Assembly: GCF_025527015.1 (NCBI RefSeq)
Contig: NZ_JAODIM010000043.1
Location: 1,241,862 to 1,273,861, forward strand
From: Winslowiella arboricola
GTDB taxonomy: Bacteria; Pseudomonadota; Gammaproteobacteria; Enterobacterales; Enterobacteriaceae
DNA: 32,000 bases
Direction: 5' to 3'
The translations under genes were made by a program, and so were the position numbers. Below the pieces are notes generated by a model. That model was not told where the DNA came from and searched no databases. It saw only the letters and a list, made by a program, of their open reading frames with translations. How positions within the stretch are numbered: the first letter of the stretch is position 1; every line of letters starts with the position of its first letter. Positions 16,465 through 23,150 of the stretch are shown here, one piece after another.

Positions 16465-17118
16465 ATGAAAACAATGCATGAAGTGATCGGCGAAAGAATT
16501 AAATCTCTTCGCGAAGCAAAAGGCCTAAGTCAGGCGCAACTATCTAAGTTGTGCGGATGGGCTGCGCCTTCCAGGGTCGGGAATTACGAGCTGGGTGTGC
16601 GTAAGGTTAGTGCTGACGAAGCCATCACCCTCAGCAAGGCACTCGGTGTATCTCCTGCGCAGATAATGTTTGGCGATGATTCAAGTGCTGTTTTTAAGCA
16701 GTATGAATACCCACTATTCACATCAGTGCAGGCCGGATCTTTTGCAGAGGTTGGAACTTATACGGGCGATAACGCCAAGCTGTGGGTCGCCACCACGAAA
16801 AAGGCGAGCGAAAAAGCTTTCTGGCTTGAAGTCTCGGGGCACTCGATGACGGCCCCACAGGGCAGTAAGCCGAGCTTCCCCGAGGGAATGCTGATTTTGG
16901 TGGATCCAGAAGAAGACGTGGAGCCAGGTGATTTCTGTGTCGCGGGTATACACAATGACAGCGAAGTAACATTTAAACGCTTCGTATGGGAAGACGGCAA
17001 GCCGTGGCTGGAACCATTAAACACTAACCCACGATATCAGAGCATTGAGTGCAACGAGAACTGCCGCATCATCGGCAAGGTGGTCAAGGCTCAGTGGCCG
17101 GAAGAGACGTTCGGATAG
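16465..17118 (+). CDS. cI: CI-type repressor (XRE HTH plus S24 LexA-like autopeptidase)
   Basis: N-terminal HTH ([22 protein letters not shown]). An Ala-Gly cleavage site is present (VQAGSF). The Ser (GHSM) and Lys (TFKR) catalytic dyad is present. Confidence 0.9.
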   Translation: MKTMHEVIGERIKSLREAKGLSQAQLSKLCGWAAPSRVGNYELGVRKVSADEAITLSKALGVSPAQIMFGDDSSAVFKQYEYPLFTSVQAGSFAEVGTYTGDNAKLWVATTKKASEKAFWLEVSGHSMTAPQGSKPSFPEGMLILVDPEEDVEPGDFCVAGIHNDSEVTFKRFVWEDGKPWLEPLNTNPRYQSIECNENCRIIGKVVKAQWPEETFG

Positions 17119-17180
17119 CGGTAAAGACGAAGAAGCGGCTGGTTTAGGCCAGTTGACAGAGTGGTGTTCGGGCGGGATGG

Positions 17181-17201
17181 GTCGCAGATATGCGGCCTTT
17201 T
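17181..17201 (+). terminator. Weak candidate terminator after cI
   Basis: GTCGCA-gata-TGCGGC followed by CTTTT. The stem is short, it includes a G-U pair, and the U-tract is short. Confidence 0.3.
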
Positions 17202-17214
17202 GCTATATGTAGTA

Positions 17215-17245
17215 TTGACAAATAGCATTAAAGACAACATATAGT
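17215..17245 (+). promoter_or_regulatory. Candidate sigma70 promoter for the Panacea-like cassette
   Basis: A perfect TTGACA (17215-17220) and TATAGT (17240-17245) with a long 19-nt spacer. CATATA at 17 nt is an alternative -10. Confidence 0.4.
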
Positions 17246-17476
17246 CACTGACCTGTATCGATGCGTCATATTAGCGTTTCGTGCTGTCATTCATGAATCA
17301 TCAGCATTAGATCCTATCCGAAAGTAAGTGACTGAAAACCTTTATGCGATTAAGATAGACGTTATGTTGTACTCGGCGTAATATAAATACTGTAAATCCA
17401 TACAGGCACTTCTGAAAGCTATCAGTTTTTGGAACTGGCTGCTATTGTCTAAATTTAAACCAAAAGGAGGCATAAC

Positions 17477-18001
17477 ATGGCTTATTCTGCTATCGCGGTC
17501 GCTAATGCCTTCATTCAGAAAGCCAAGAAAAAAGGCATCAAAGACATAACGCCAATGAAGCTGCAAAAGCTTGTTTTCTACGCTCATGCGTGGTCACTTG
17601 TTATGTCAAATAAGCCACTTGTTAAAGACAAAGTGTTCGCGTGGCCATATGGGCCGGTGATCGAATCAATTTATCATGAGTTCAAAGGCCATGGTTCTAC
17701 GAACATTACTGTTCCTGGTACCGAGCTGGAGTGGGATGATTCTCCTAGTGCTTTGATAGAGTTTAAGTATGTCACACCTCATGTTCCTGAGGGTGATGAC
17801 CTGTCGCTATCAATCATAGATTCTGTGCTTGAAGTTTATGGCGATCAGTCCGCAGGCGCTCTATCCAATCTGACTCACCGCCCTGGGTCTGCCTGGTATC
17901 ATGTCGTTGAGGAGCACGGCGGTGGCGAGCCACGGAATCTTATTATCCCTAATGATGTTATAAAGGAATGCACATCAAGGGAGTTGGGATTAGGTGATTG
18001 A
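17477..18001 (+). CDS. Panacea/DUF4065-domain protein (SocA/GepA/PanA antitoxin-like), 174 aa
   Basis: The motif block ITPMKLQKLVFYAHAWSL...FAWPYGPVIESIYHEFK...DSVLEVYGDQSAGALSNLTH...W is typical of DUF4065. GGAGG SD 7 nt upstream. Confidence 0.75.
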   Translation: MAYSAIAVANAFIQKAKKKGIKDITPMKLQKLVFYAHAWSLVMSNKPLVKDKVFAWPYGPVIESIYHEFKGHGSTNITVPGTELEWDDSPSALIEFKYVTPHVPEGDDLSLSIIDSVLEVYGDQSAGALSNLTHRPGSAWYHVVEEHGGGEPRNLIIPNDVIKECTSRELGLGD

Positions 18002-18542
18002 CCCAAGCCAGCCTTTAGACAAGAAAAAGGAAGCTCTTGAGGCGCTCATAAAGAGGGCGAGAGAAAAAGTTGAAAGAGCCAGCGTATCCAATGGCGATGA
18101 GAAAACTTCATTGGAGCGCCAGCAGCTGGAAGGGGAAAGAGGTCAAGACGAAAAAGCGCTTGATGACTTAAAAAGCGCCGTTGAATCTCTCGCAAATGCA
18201 GTTCAGCAAATAGACACTCGCTCTAAGGACTTGGAAAACGAAGGGCAAGAGCAATTTCTTACAATGCGCGAAATGTATGCCAAAAAGGCTTACAGATTCG
18301 TATGGTTGTGGTCAGTTGCTCTAATCGTTATTCTTGTGCTTCAGGGGGCAAAATATCCCCACCTTAAGCTCTGGGTTGTTGAATTCAAAGCATCCGATTT
18401 TAATTTGGAATCCAATGTTCTTATAGCTCTAATTTCAGGAGTGACCGTCAATATCGTTGCCGTTTTCATTGTTGTCATGAGAAATCTTTTCCCATCTGAA
18501 ATGAAGGCTAGGACGACAGAGAAGAAAAAGGATGCTGACTAA
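17994..18542 (+). CDS. Coiled-coil protein with two C-terminal TM helices (182 aa); candidate toxin or abortive-infection effector partner
   Basis: GTG start overlaps the upstream stop by 8 nt (GTGATTGA). About 95 aa are charged and helical, followed by the hydrophobic segments FVWLWSVALIVILVLQGA and VLIALISGVTVNIVAVFIVVM. No family recognised. Confidence 0.65.
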   Translation: MIDPSQPLDKKKEALEALIKRAREKVERASVSNGDEKTSLERQQLEGERGQDEKALDDLKSAVESLANAVQQIDTRSKDLENEGQEQFLTMREMYAKKAYRFVWLWSVALIVILVLQGAKYPHLKLWVVEFKASDFNLESNVLIALISGVTVNIVAVFIVVMRNLFPSEMKARTTEKKKDAD

Positions 18543-18567
18543 CCCGGCCACCGCGCCGGGTTTTTTG
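18541..18567 (+). terminator. Rho-independent terminator of the cassette
   Basis: AACCCGGC-caccgc-GCCGGGTT followed by TTTTTG. Confidence 0.8.
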
Positions 18568-18570
18568 TGC

Positions 18571-18747
18571 CTACCGATCCAGCAAATCTATTGCGAACAC
18601 CACAGCCAGGTTAGGCTCACCATCTGACAGCAGCCCAATCATCTCAATTATCGCCTCGTTAGTAACCGCCCTTTCCTCTGCCAGTATCTGAACCACAGCC
18701 TCGCCGATCACCTTCACAATGGCTTCATGCGCCTTTTCCATGTCCAT
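18571..18747 (-). CDS. Hypothetical 58-aa acidic helical protein (not in the ORF track), divergent from PL
   Basis: TAAGGAGG SD 4 nt before ATG 18747. Clean 59-codon frame: MDMEKAHEAIVKVIGEAVVQILAEERAVTNEAIIEMIGLLSDGEPNLAVVFAIDLLDR. Confidence 0.65.
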   Translation of the reverse strand: MDMEKAHEAIVKVIGEAVVQILAEERAVTNEAIIEMIGLLSDGEPNLAVVFAIDLLDR

Positions 18748-18827
18748 ACAGCCTCCTTAGCTTGGAATTTTAAATTACCACGCCCTTTAATATCGCCAAA
18801 ATAAAAAAATAAACACAGAAAATACAT

Positions 18828-18897
18828 ACACATATCGTGTTTCATATGATTTATACACAATTTGTGTTTGACTATATAATCACGTTTTGTGTACATT
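18828..18897 (+). promoter_or_regulatory. OL/PL region
   Basis: There are three 13-mers of the same type as in OR: ACACATATCGTGT (18828-40), ACACAATTTGTGT (18855-67, a perfect palindrome) and TCACGTTTTGTGT (18880-92). TTGACT lies at 18868-73. Possible -10 elements are TACATT (18892-97) or TATAAT (18875-80). Confidence 0.55.
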
Positions 18898-18951
18898 AAT
18901 TCCATCAGCAGGACGCTGAAGCAACAAACCGAACACGGAACAGAGTTCGAA

Positions 18952-18981
18952 GCTCATTAAAATTAGGCGCTGAAAAAGCGC
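18952..18981 (+). promoter_or_regulatory. nutL (boxA GCTCATTAA plus boxB GCGCTGAAAAAGCGC)
   Basis: The spacing and sequence mirror lambda nutL. The boxB loop GAAAA is conserved and the stem carries a compensatory C-G to G-C swap relative to nutR. Confidence 0.75.
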
Positions 18982-19125
18982 AAACATACAAAGCAGAAAG
19001 CTTTGGACAGGCGTGTCGTGGAGCTAAGGCCCATAACCACTCGGGCTGGACTGAGAAGCGACTTGAAATCTGGAAATTGAAATAGGTTCCAGCGCCTGTA
19101 CCAAAGCTAACTGACAGGAGGATGT

Positions 19126-19386
19126 ATGAACGCACAAGAAAAACGCCGTAAAGCCCGCGCTGAGAAGCAGGCAGCATGGAAGCAAGCTAACCCCTTGTCG
19201 GTTGGCGTGAAGGCTAAGCCAGTTCGCCAGGTGCTTATTCTTAATCGTAAAGCGGTTGACCGGGTTGAAAAGGCTATCGCGGTGCAGACCACGAAGTATT
19301 ACCCGAGCGCAGACAACATCTGCTTACCGCAGGTGGCGATATACGCCGCTGGCCATCGTAAATCAGAGAATGTCACAGCGAGGTAG
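19126..19386 (+). CDS. N: Antitermination protein N
   Basis: MNAQEKRRKARAEKQAAWKQANPLSVGVKAKPV..LNRK closely parallels lambda N (MDAQTRRRERRAEKQAQWKAANPLLVGVSAKPV), including the arginine-rich motif. GGAGG SD. Confidence 0.88.
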   Translation: MNAQEKRRKARAEKQAAWKQANPLSVGVKAKPVRQVLILNRKAVDRVEKAIAVQTTKYYPSADNICLPQVAIYAAGHRKSENVTAR

Positions 19387-19388
19387 TG

Positions 19389-19550
19389 ATGAAATTTAGC
19401 GAGATACCAGAAAATGTGCAGGAAGTGGCAGCTGAATTGTTAAGCGAACAACTGGTGCATTATGATAGTTTGGGGTTTGTAAATCGGACGGATAAATCTA
19501 AAGAAATTGCCGAAACCGTCCGTGAGGCTTTCGTTAAGCTTTACGAGTAA
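19389..19550 (+). CDS. Hypothetical 53-aa protein (not in the ORF track)
   Basis: GAGG SD 6 nt upstream. Clean frame: MKFSEIPENVQEVAAELLSEQLVHYDSLGFVNRTDKSKEIAETVREAFVKLYE. Confidence 0.5.
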   Translation: MKFSEIPENVQEVAAELLSEQLVHYDSLGFVNRTDKSKEIAETVREAFVKLYE

Positions 19551-19715
19551 TTACTTTCTGCTTATGCGGTCATATTGCGCTACAAGATTTTCGTAAATAG
19601 CGATTATCTGGTCGCCACTATCACCCGCACCCAGCTTACCCGCTCGAATTAGCTCAACGATAATTTGCTGGGCGGCAATTTTAGAATTAGCTGATGGGTT
19701 AGCAATGTCTGACAT
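19551..19715 (-). CDS. Hypothetical 54-aa protein encoded antisense to the PL operon (not in the ORF track)
   Basis: AAGGAA SD 8 nt before ATG 19715. Its stop abuts the stop of the convergent 53-aa ORF (TAA|TTA). Frame: MSDIANPSANSKIAAQQIIVELIRAGKLGAGDSGDQIIAIYENLVAQYDRISRK. Confidence 0.45.
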   Translation of the reverse strand: MSDIANPSANSKIAAQQIIVELIRAGKLGAGDSGDQIIAIYENLVAQYDRISRK

Positions 19716-19730
19716 TTATTATTTCCTTAT

Positions 19731-19777
19731 TTTGACTGTAGAAACAGCAGTCTATCCTTTTCCTTTGACTGTGGAAA
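19731..19777. repeat. Direct repeat TTTGACTGT(A/G)GAAA, two copies 33 bp apart
   Basis: Copies at 19731-19744 and 19764-19777, each preceded by a CCTT-rich stretch. They lie in the intergenic region upstream of the antisense ORF. Confidence 0.6.
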
Positions 19778-19864
19778 GCCGGGAAGGCACGCGCCGGGCG
19801 TGGATAAATATCCCGGCACACTTCCCCCCTACCCCGCAATGCGGTTCATATAGTGAGGTGAGAA

Positions 19865-20017
19865 ATGCATGAAGTAGTGGCATTTGAAGATGATCACCAG
19901 GTGTTCTCGTTTCACATTGCAGCTGACGATGACGAAGCGGCAGAGGAAACAGTTGCCATGCTTAATAGTACTGCTCACCCTGACATTAACTTTAAACTTT
20001 CCGAAACGGTCGCGTAA
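19865..20017 (+). CDS. Hypothetical 50-aa acidic protein (not in the ORF track)
   Basis: GAGGTGAG SD. Frame MHEVVAFEDDHQVFSFHIAADDDEAAEETVAMLNSTAHPDINFKLSETVA. The terminator overlaps the stop codon. Confidence 0.5.
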   Translation: MHEVVAFEDDHQVFSFHIAADDDEAAEETVAMLNSTAHPDINFKLSETVA

Positions 20018-20030
20018 CGCGGCCTTTTTT
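20008..20030 (+). terminator. Rho-independent terminator (tL-type) in the early-left operon
   Basis: GGTCGCG-taa-CGCGGCC (one G-U pair) followed by T6. Confidence 0.7.
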
Positions 20031-20031
20031 A

Positions 20032-20238
20032 TTGCCTAAATCTTTGGTGCGGCATCTGGGTATCAGCTTCGGCTATGACGCTCAGTATCGTGCTTACATC
20101 GCAGAGGTGGAGCCAGCCACCACATTTAATCTGGCGCGCTACCGGAGGGCGGGTTATGTGAATCGCAACGCCGACGGGCGAATACGCAAACTTTCTGCCC
20201 TGCACATGCGGGGCTTTTTTACGCCAGGTGAAACATGA
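20032..20238 (+). CDS. Doubtful 68-aa ORF (TTG start, no SD); may be non-coding
   Basis: In favour: an open frame and an ATGA junction with the next ORF. Against: it starts inside a terminator U-tract, has no SD, and contains an intrinsic terminator at 20197-20220. Confidence 0.3.
   Translation: MPKSLVRHLGISFGYDAQYRAYIAEVEPATTFNLARYRRAGYVNRNADGRIRKLSALHMRGFFTPGET
20197..20220 (+). terminator. Rho-independent terminator
   Basis: GCCCTGC-acat-GCGGGGC (7 bp, one G-U pair) followed by T6. Confidence 0.7.
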
Positions 20239-20393
20239 TAGTCGAACGCAAGGATGGTAAATGGCGCGTCACAAAGCTGTTCTGCGGCTATCTGTGGCGT
20301 GCAGATTTAATAGAGGGCTACGGAGTCTTTGCAGGAAAGGTAACCAGCAAGACGATGAATGCTGAACAGCTGAAGAAATGGGAGGAAGGATGA
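20235..20393 (+). CDS. Hypothetical 52-aa protein (not in the ORF track)
   Basis: AGGTGA SD 5 nt upstream and an ATGA overlap with the next gene. Confidence 0.55.
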   Translation: MIVERKDGKWRVTKLFCGYLWRADLIEGYGVFAGKVTSKTMNAEQLKKWEEG

Positions 20394-20662
20394 GTGAGTT
20401 TAAAGGCACAAAGGAAAAGTGGAGTTATCAGGGTCCGCTGGGTGAAATAATCAGCGATAAAGGAGGGCTTATTGCTGATCTGATAGTTAACGGAAAAGAG
20501 GATGAAAACGGCCAGCTAATGGCTGCTGCCCCTGAACTATTCGAGGCACTTCAGCGCATTGAAGTGTGGGCAACAACGATGCACGGTCACAATGTTGAGT
20601 ATTCAGGCGACCATCCGATCACAAAAGCTAAAGCCGCAATTGCCAAGGCGCTCGGCCAATAA
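20390..20662 (+). CDS. Hypothetical protein (90 aa) with an AAAPELFEAL motif
   Basis: Start set at ATG 20390 (GGGAGGAAGG SD). Confidence 0.7.
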   Translation: MSEFKGTKEKWSYQGPLGEIISDKGGLIADLIVNGKEDENGQLMAAAPELFEALQRIEVWATTMHGHNVEYSGDHPITKAKAAIAKALGQ

Positions 20663-20683
20663 CAGCTGCTTAAGGAGATGAGA

Positions 20684-20869
20684 ATGGAGTGGATAGATTT
20701 AGAAAAGCAGACGCCTGAAGATGAGCAGCGCTGCGTAGTGTTCACGGATGATGGCGAATATAAAACGGCGGTCTATCAGGAGGATGCTGGAGATTTTTCT
20801 GACTTAGACTGGGACGAGCGGATTTATGACGTGAAGGCGTGGACTCCTCTTTATGAATGCACCATCTGA
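20684..20869 (+). CDS. Hypothetical small protein, DUF551-like
   Basis: MEWIDLEKQTPED... Start set at ATG 20684 (AAGGAG 6 nt upstream). Confidence 0.6.
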   Translation: MEWIDLEKQTPEDEQRCVVFTDDGEYKTAVYQEDAGDFSDLDWDERIYDVKAWTPLYECTI

Positions 20870-20939
20870 GTGACACCGCAAGCCGTTATTAACCGATAGC
20901 GGCTGACGATGTGACCCACATCACCCATGACACTTCTTT

Positions 20940-20962
20940 GCCCTCTTCGTGAGGGCTTTTTT
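20940..20962 (+). terminator. Rho-independent terminator
   Basis: GCCCTC-ttcgt-GAGGGC followed by T6. Confidence 0.75.
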
Positions 20963-20981
20963 ATGCCCACAGGAGAGGAAT

Positions 20982-21986
20982 ATGACAGAGACAACGGATA
21001 TTGCAGTTATCGAAATTAAGCCTGACCAGGCACCAGCGCTTTATGTTCCAAACGGGCTTGATGCTTACCTCGAAATCATTCGTCAGCAGGTTAACGAGGT
21101 GCCTGACCTTAGCACCACCAAAGGCCGCACCCGCGTGGCATCACTGGCGGCGCAGGTATCACGCAGCAAGACGGCAATAGAAAAGCCGGGACGTGAGTAC
21201 CTGAAGCGCCTGAAAGAGGCTATGAAGCCAGCTGAAGTGGAAATAAAGCGATTCGTTGATGCCTGTGACGAACTGCGCGATGCAACACGCCAGCCACTGA
21301 CTGAGTGGGAAGCCGAGCAGGATCGCTTAAAAGCGGTAGCGGAAATGGAAGCCTGGCACGAAGAAGCGCTGACGCTGAATGCCGATTTCGACAAAGCGCT
21401 GGCTGAGCGTTTCGAAGCCGATTACGAAGTCGCCCTGCTCATGAATGACAAATTCGACCGTGATGCCGCCGATGCTAAAGCCGAAGCCGAGCGCAAACGG
21501 ATTGCTTACGAACAGGAGTTACAGCAGCAGGCAGCAGATAAGGCCAAACGCGAAGTGGCTGAAGCAGCACGCCTTGAGTTGGAGGCAGCGGCACAGCGCG
21601 AAGCAGCACTTAAAGCCTCAGCTGAGAAAGCAGAGAATGACCGCATTGAAGCGGATCAACGAGCTGAACGTGAAAAGAAAGAAACAGCTGAGCGCGTCGA
21701 GCGTGAAAAAAATGAAGCCATTGCAGCCGAGCAGCTGAAGGCAAAACAGGAAGCCGATCGCATTAAGCTCGAAGCTGAGCAGAAAGAAGCCTCCCGCCTG
21801 GCTGAAGAGAAACGCGTAGCCGATGAAGCTGCCGCCCGCGCAGCTAACGAAGCGCACCGTAAGTCCGTTGGCACTGCCGTTGTTAACGCTCTTATGGCGA
21901 ACGCTGGCCTAACTCGCGTCCAGTCCATTGATGTTCTGATGCAAATCAAAGACGGCAACATCCCGCATACCAGCATCACCTACTAA
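20982..21986 (+). CDS. DUF1351-like recombination-module protein with a long E/A/K/R coiled coil
   Basis: Start set at ATG 20982 (AGGAGAGG SD). The N-terminal region resembles DUF1351 proteins, which commonly accompany Erf/RecT recombinases. Confidence 0.6.
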   Translation: MTETTDIAVIEIKPDQAPALYVPNGLDAYLEIIRQQVNEVPDLSTTKGRTRVASLAAQVSRSKTAIEKPGREYLKRLKEAMKPAEVEIKRFVDACDELRDATRQPLTEWEAEQDRLKAVAEMEAWHEEALTLNADFDKALAERFEADYEVALLMNDKFDRDAADAKAEAERKRIAYEQELQQQAADKAKREVAEAARLELEAAAQREAALKASAEKAENDRIEADQRAEREKKETAERVEREKNEAIAAEQLKAKQEADRIKLEAEQKEASRLAEEKRVADEAAARAANEAHRKSVGTAVVNALMANAGLTRVQSIDVLMQIKDGNIPHTSITY

Positions 21987-22006
21987 TCAAATTTAAGGAA
22001 TCACCC

Positions 22007-22183
22007 ATGCAACAGTTAGCTATTGCAGGGGCTACCCGCGTGGGTGGCTCCAGTTTTGACGCGTTTAAATCTATCCAGTTTCACCCATCCAACATCCTGA
22101 CCAGCGCAAGCTTCACCCCGCCACCGCGTAAAAGCTTGCTGGATAAGCTGGTCGAATTTCTTCGTTCGGAGGGCAGACCGTGA
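22007..22183 (+). CDS. Hypothetical 58-aa protein (not in the ORF track)
   Basis: AAGGAA SD and a GTGA overlap with the next gene. Confidence 0.55.
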   Translation: MQQLAIAGATRVGGSSFDAFKSIQFHPSNILTSASFTPPPRKSLLDKLVEFLRSEGRP

Positions 22184-22374
22184 AAATCACCATTGAATGC
22201 AGCGATATCACCACCCGCGCCGGTTATCGACCCGGGATGATGGTGGCAGAGATACACGATGTAACTCTGCAAAAATTCTCAGACAAGGAGTTGTTGGGGC
22301 AGATCGACATCAAGGAAGTTTTCGAGTGGCTCAACGAGCAGGGCTACATAGTCACTCAGGAGGCCGTAGCGTGA
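22180..22374 (+). CDS. Hypothetical protein (64 aa)
   Basis: GTG start with a GGAGGG SD, coupled at both ends. Confidence 0.65.
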   Translation: MKITIECSDITTRAGYRPGMMVAEIHDVTLQKFSDKELLGQIDIKEVFEWLNEQGYIVTQEAVA

Positions 22375-22529
22375 CACTGGAAGATACCGAGGCTGATGCA
22401 TGTTTTATCAGCCTGATGGCCGCAGTCATCGAACCAATGACATTCGAACTGGCGCAGCAGGAAGCTAACGCCGATCATCGCACGGAGCAGCAGGATATGA
22501 TGATGGGAGGCTTCTATGAAGGTTTATGA
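22371..22529 (+). CDS. Hypothetical 52-aa protein
   Basis: GTG 22371 with an AGGAGG SD 7 nt upstream and a GTGA overlap. It corresponds to the 3' part of track ORF 22197..22529. Confidence 0.55.
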   Translation: MTLEDTEADACFISLMAAVIEPMTFELAQQEANADHRTEQQDMMMGGFYEGL

Positions 22530-23130
22530 GGCTATCAGTAATGTCGCCAGGGATATGGCAGAAAAAGGCATCAGCAAGGACAGGAAGAACGTGCAGCAGG
22601 GGTTTCAGTTTAGAGGCATCGACCAGGTATATAACGCGCTCGCGCCGATGCTGGCGAAACATGGCCTGGTTATTCTCCCCCGGATTACCGAGCGAACAGT
22701 GACGGAGCGAGTCACGCAGAAAGGCGGCGTGCTGTTTTATGTTGTCGTTAAAGCTGAGTTTGATTTTGTCGCCACGGAAGACGGCAGCAAGCATACGGTT
22801 GTCACCTACGGTGAAGCGATGGATAGCGGCGACAAAGCCACCAATAAGGCAATGTCTATCGCCTACAAATACGCTGCATTTCAGGCATTCTGCATACCTA
22901 CGGAAGAGACGGCAATTGACGCTGATTCGGAGGTGCATAACGTAACCCCTCAAAACGCCGACGCTATTTTATCTCAATTCACCGAGTACGCCGGGAAAGA
23001 GTCCGACAAAGCCACCCTTCAGAGTGAGTACAAAAAGGCATGGTCAGCACTGAATGGTCACCCCGATCATCAAATGAAGTGCAAAGACATCACCGGCATT
23101 CGCCTGGCCGAGCTGAAACAAGCCGCCTAA
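22516..23130 (+). CDS. erf: ERF-family single-strand annealing recombinase
   Basis: QQGFQFRGIDQVYNALAPMLAKHGLVILP...GEAMDSGDKATNKAMSIAYKYAAFQAFCIP fits the ERF superfamily pattern. Confidence 0.8.
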   Translation: MKVYEAISNVARDMAEKGISKDRKNVQQGFQFRGIDQVYNALAPMLAKHGLVILPRITERTVTERVTQKGGVLFYVVVKAEFDFVATEDGSKHTVVTYGEAMDSGDKATNKAMSIAYKYAAFQAFCIPTEETAIDADSEVHNVTPQNADAILSQFTEYAGKESDKATLQSEYKKAWSALNGHPDHQMKCKDITGIRLAELKQAA

Positions 23131-23150
23131 CTAACGACAGGAAACCCACT

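Noticed and set aside
17342-17587. Track ORF 17342..17587 (-), 81 aa
   Set aside because: It is antisense to the SD and start of the Panacea-like gene and lies in an AT-rich leader. It has no SD and is probably spurious.
18714-19292. Track ORFs 18714..18905, 18905..19177 and 19107..19292 (all - strand)
   Set aside because: They overlap the OL/PL operators, nutL and the well-supported N gene on the opposite strand. None has an SD and all have atypical composition.
20040-20095. Partial resemblance to the prophage sRNA DicF (shared GGTG, GGTATCAG and TGAC.GCTC blocks)
   Set aside because: From memory, identity is only about 50-60%. The similar part is not followed by the DicF-type terminator hairpin; the nearest terminator is about 110 nt downstream. 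I cannot run an alignment or a covariance model, so I make no DicF call.
21083-22953. Antisense track ORFs within the recombination module (21083..21394, 21618..21979, 22465..22953)
   Set aside because: They lie opposite strongly supported + strand genes (the DUF1351-like gene and erf). The A/E/K-rich coiled-coil coding sequence keeps the complementary frames open.
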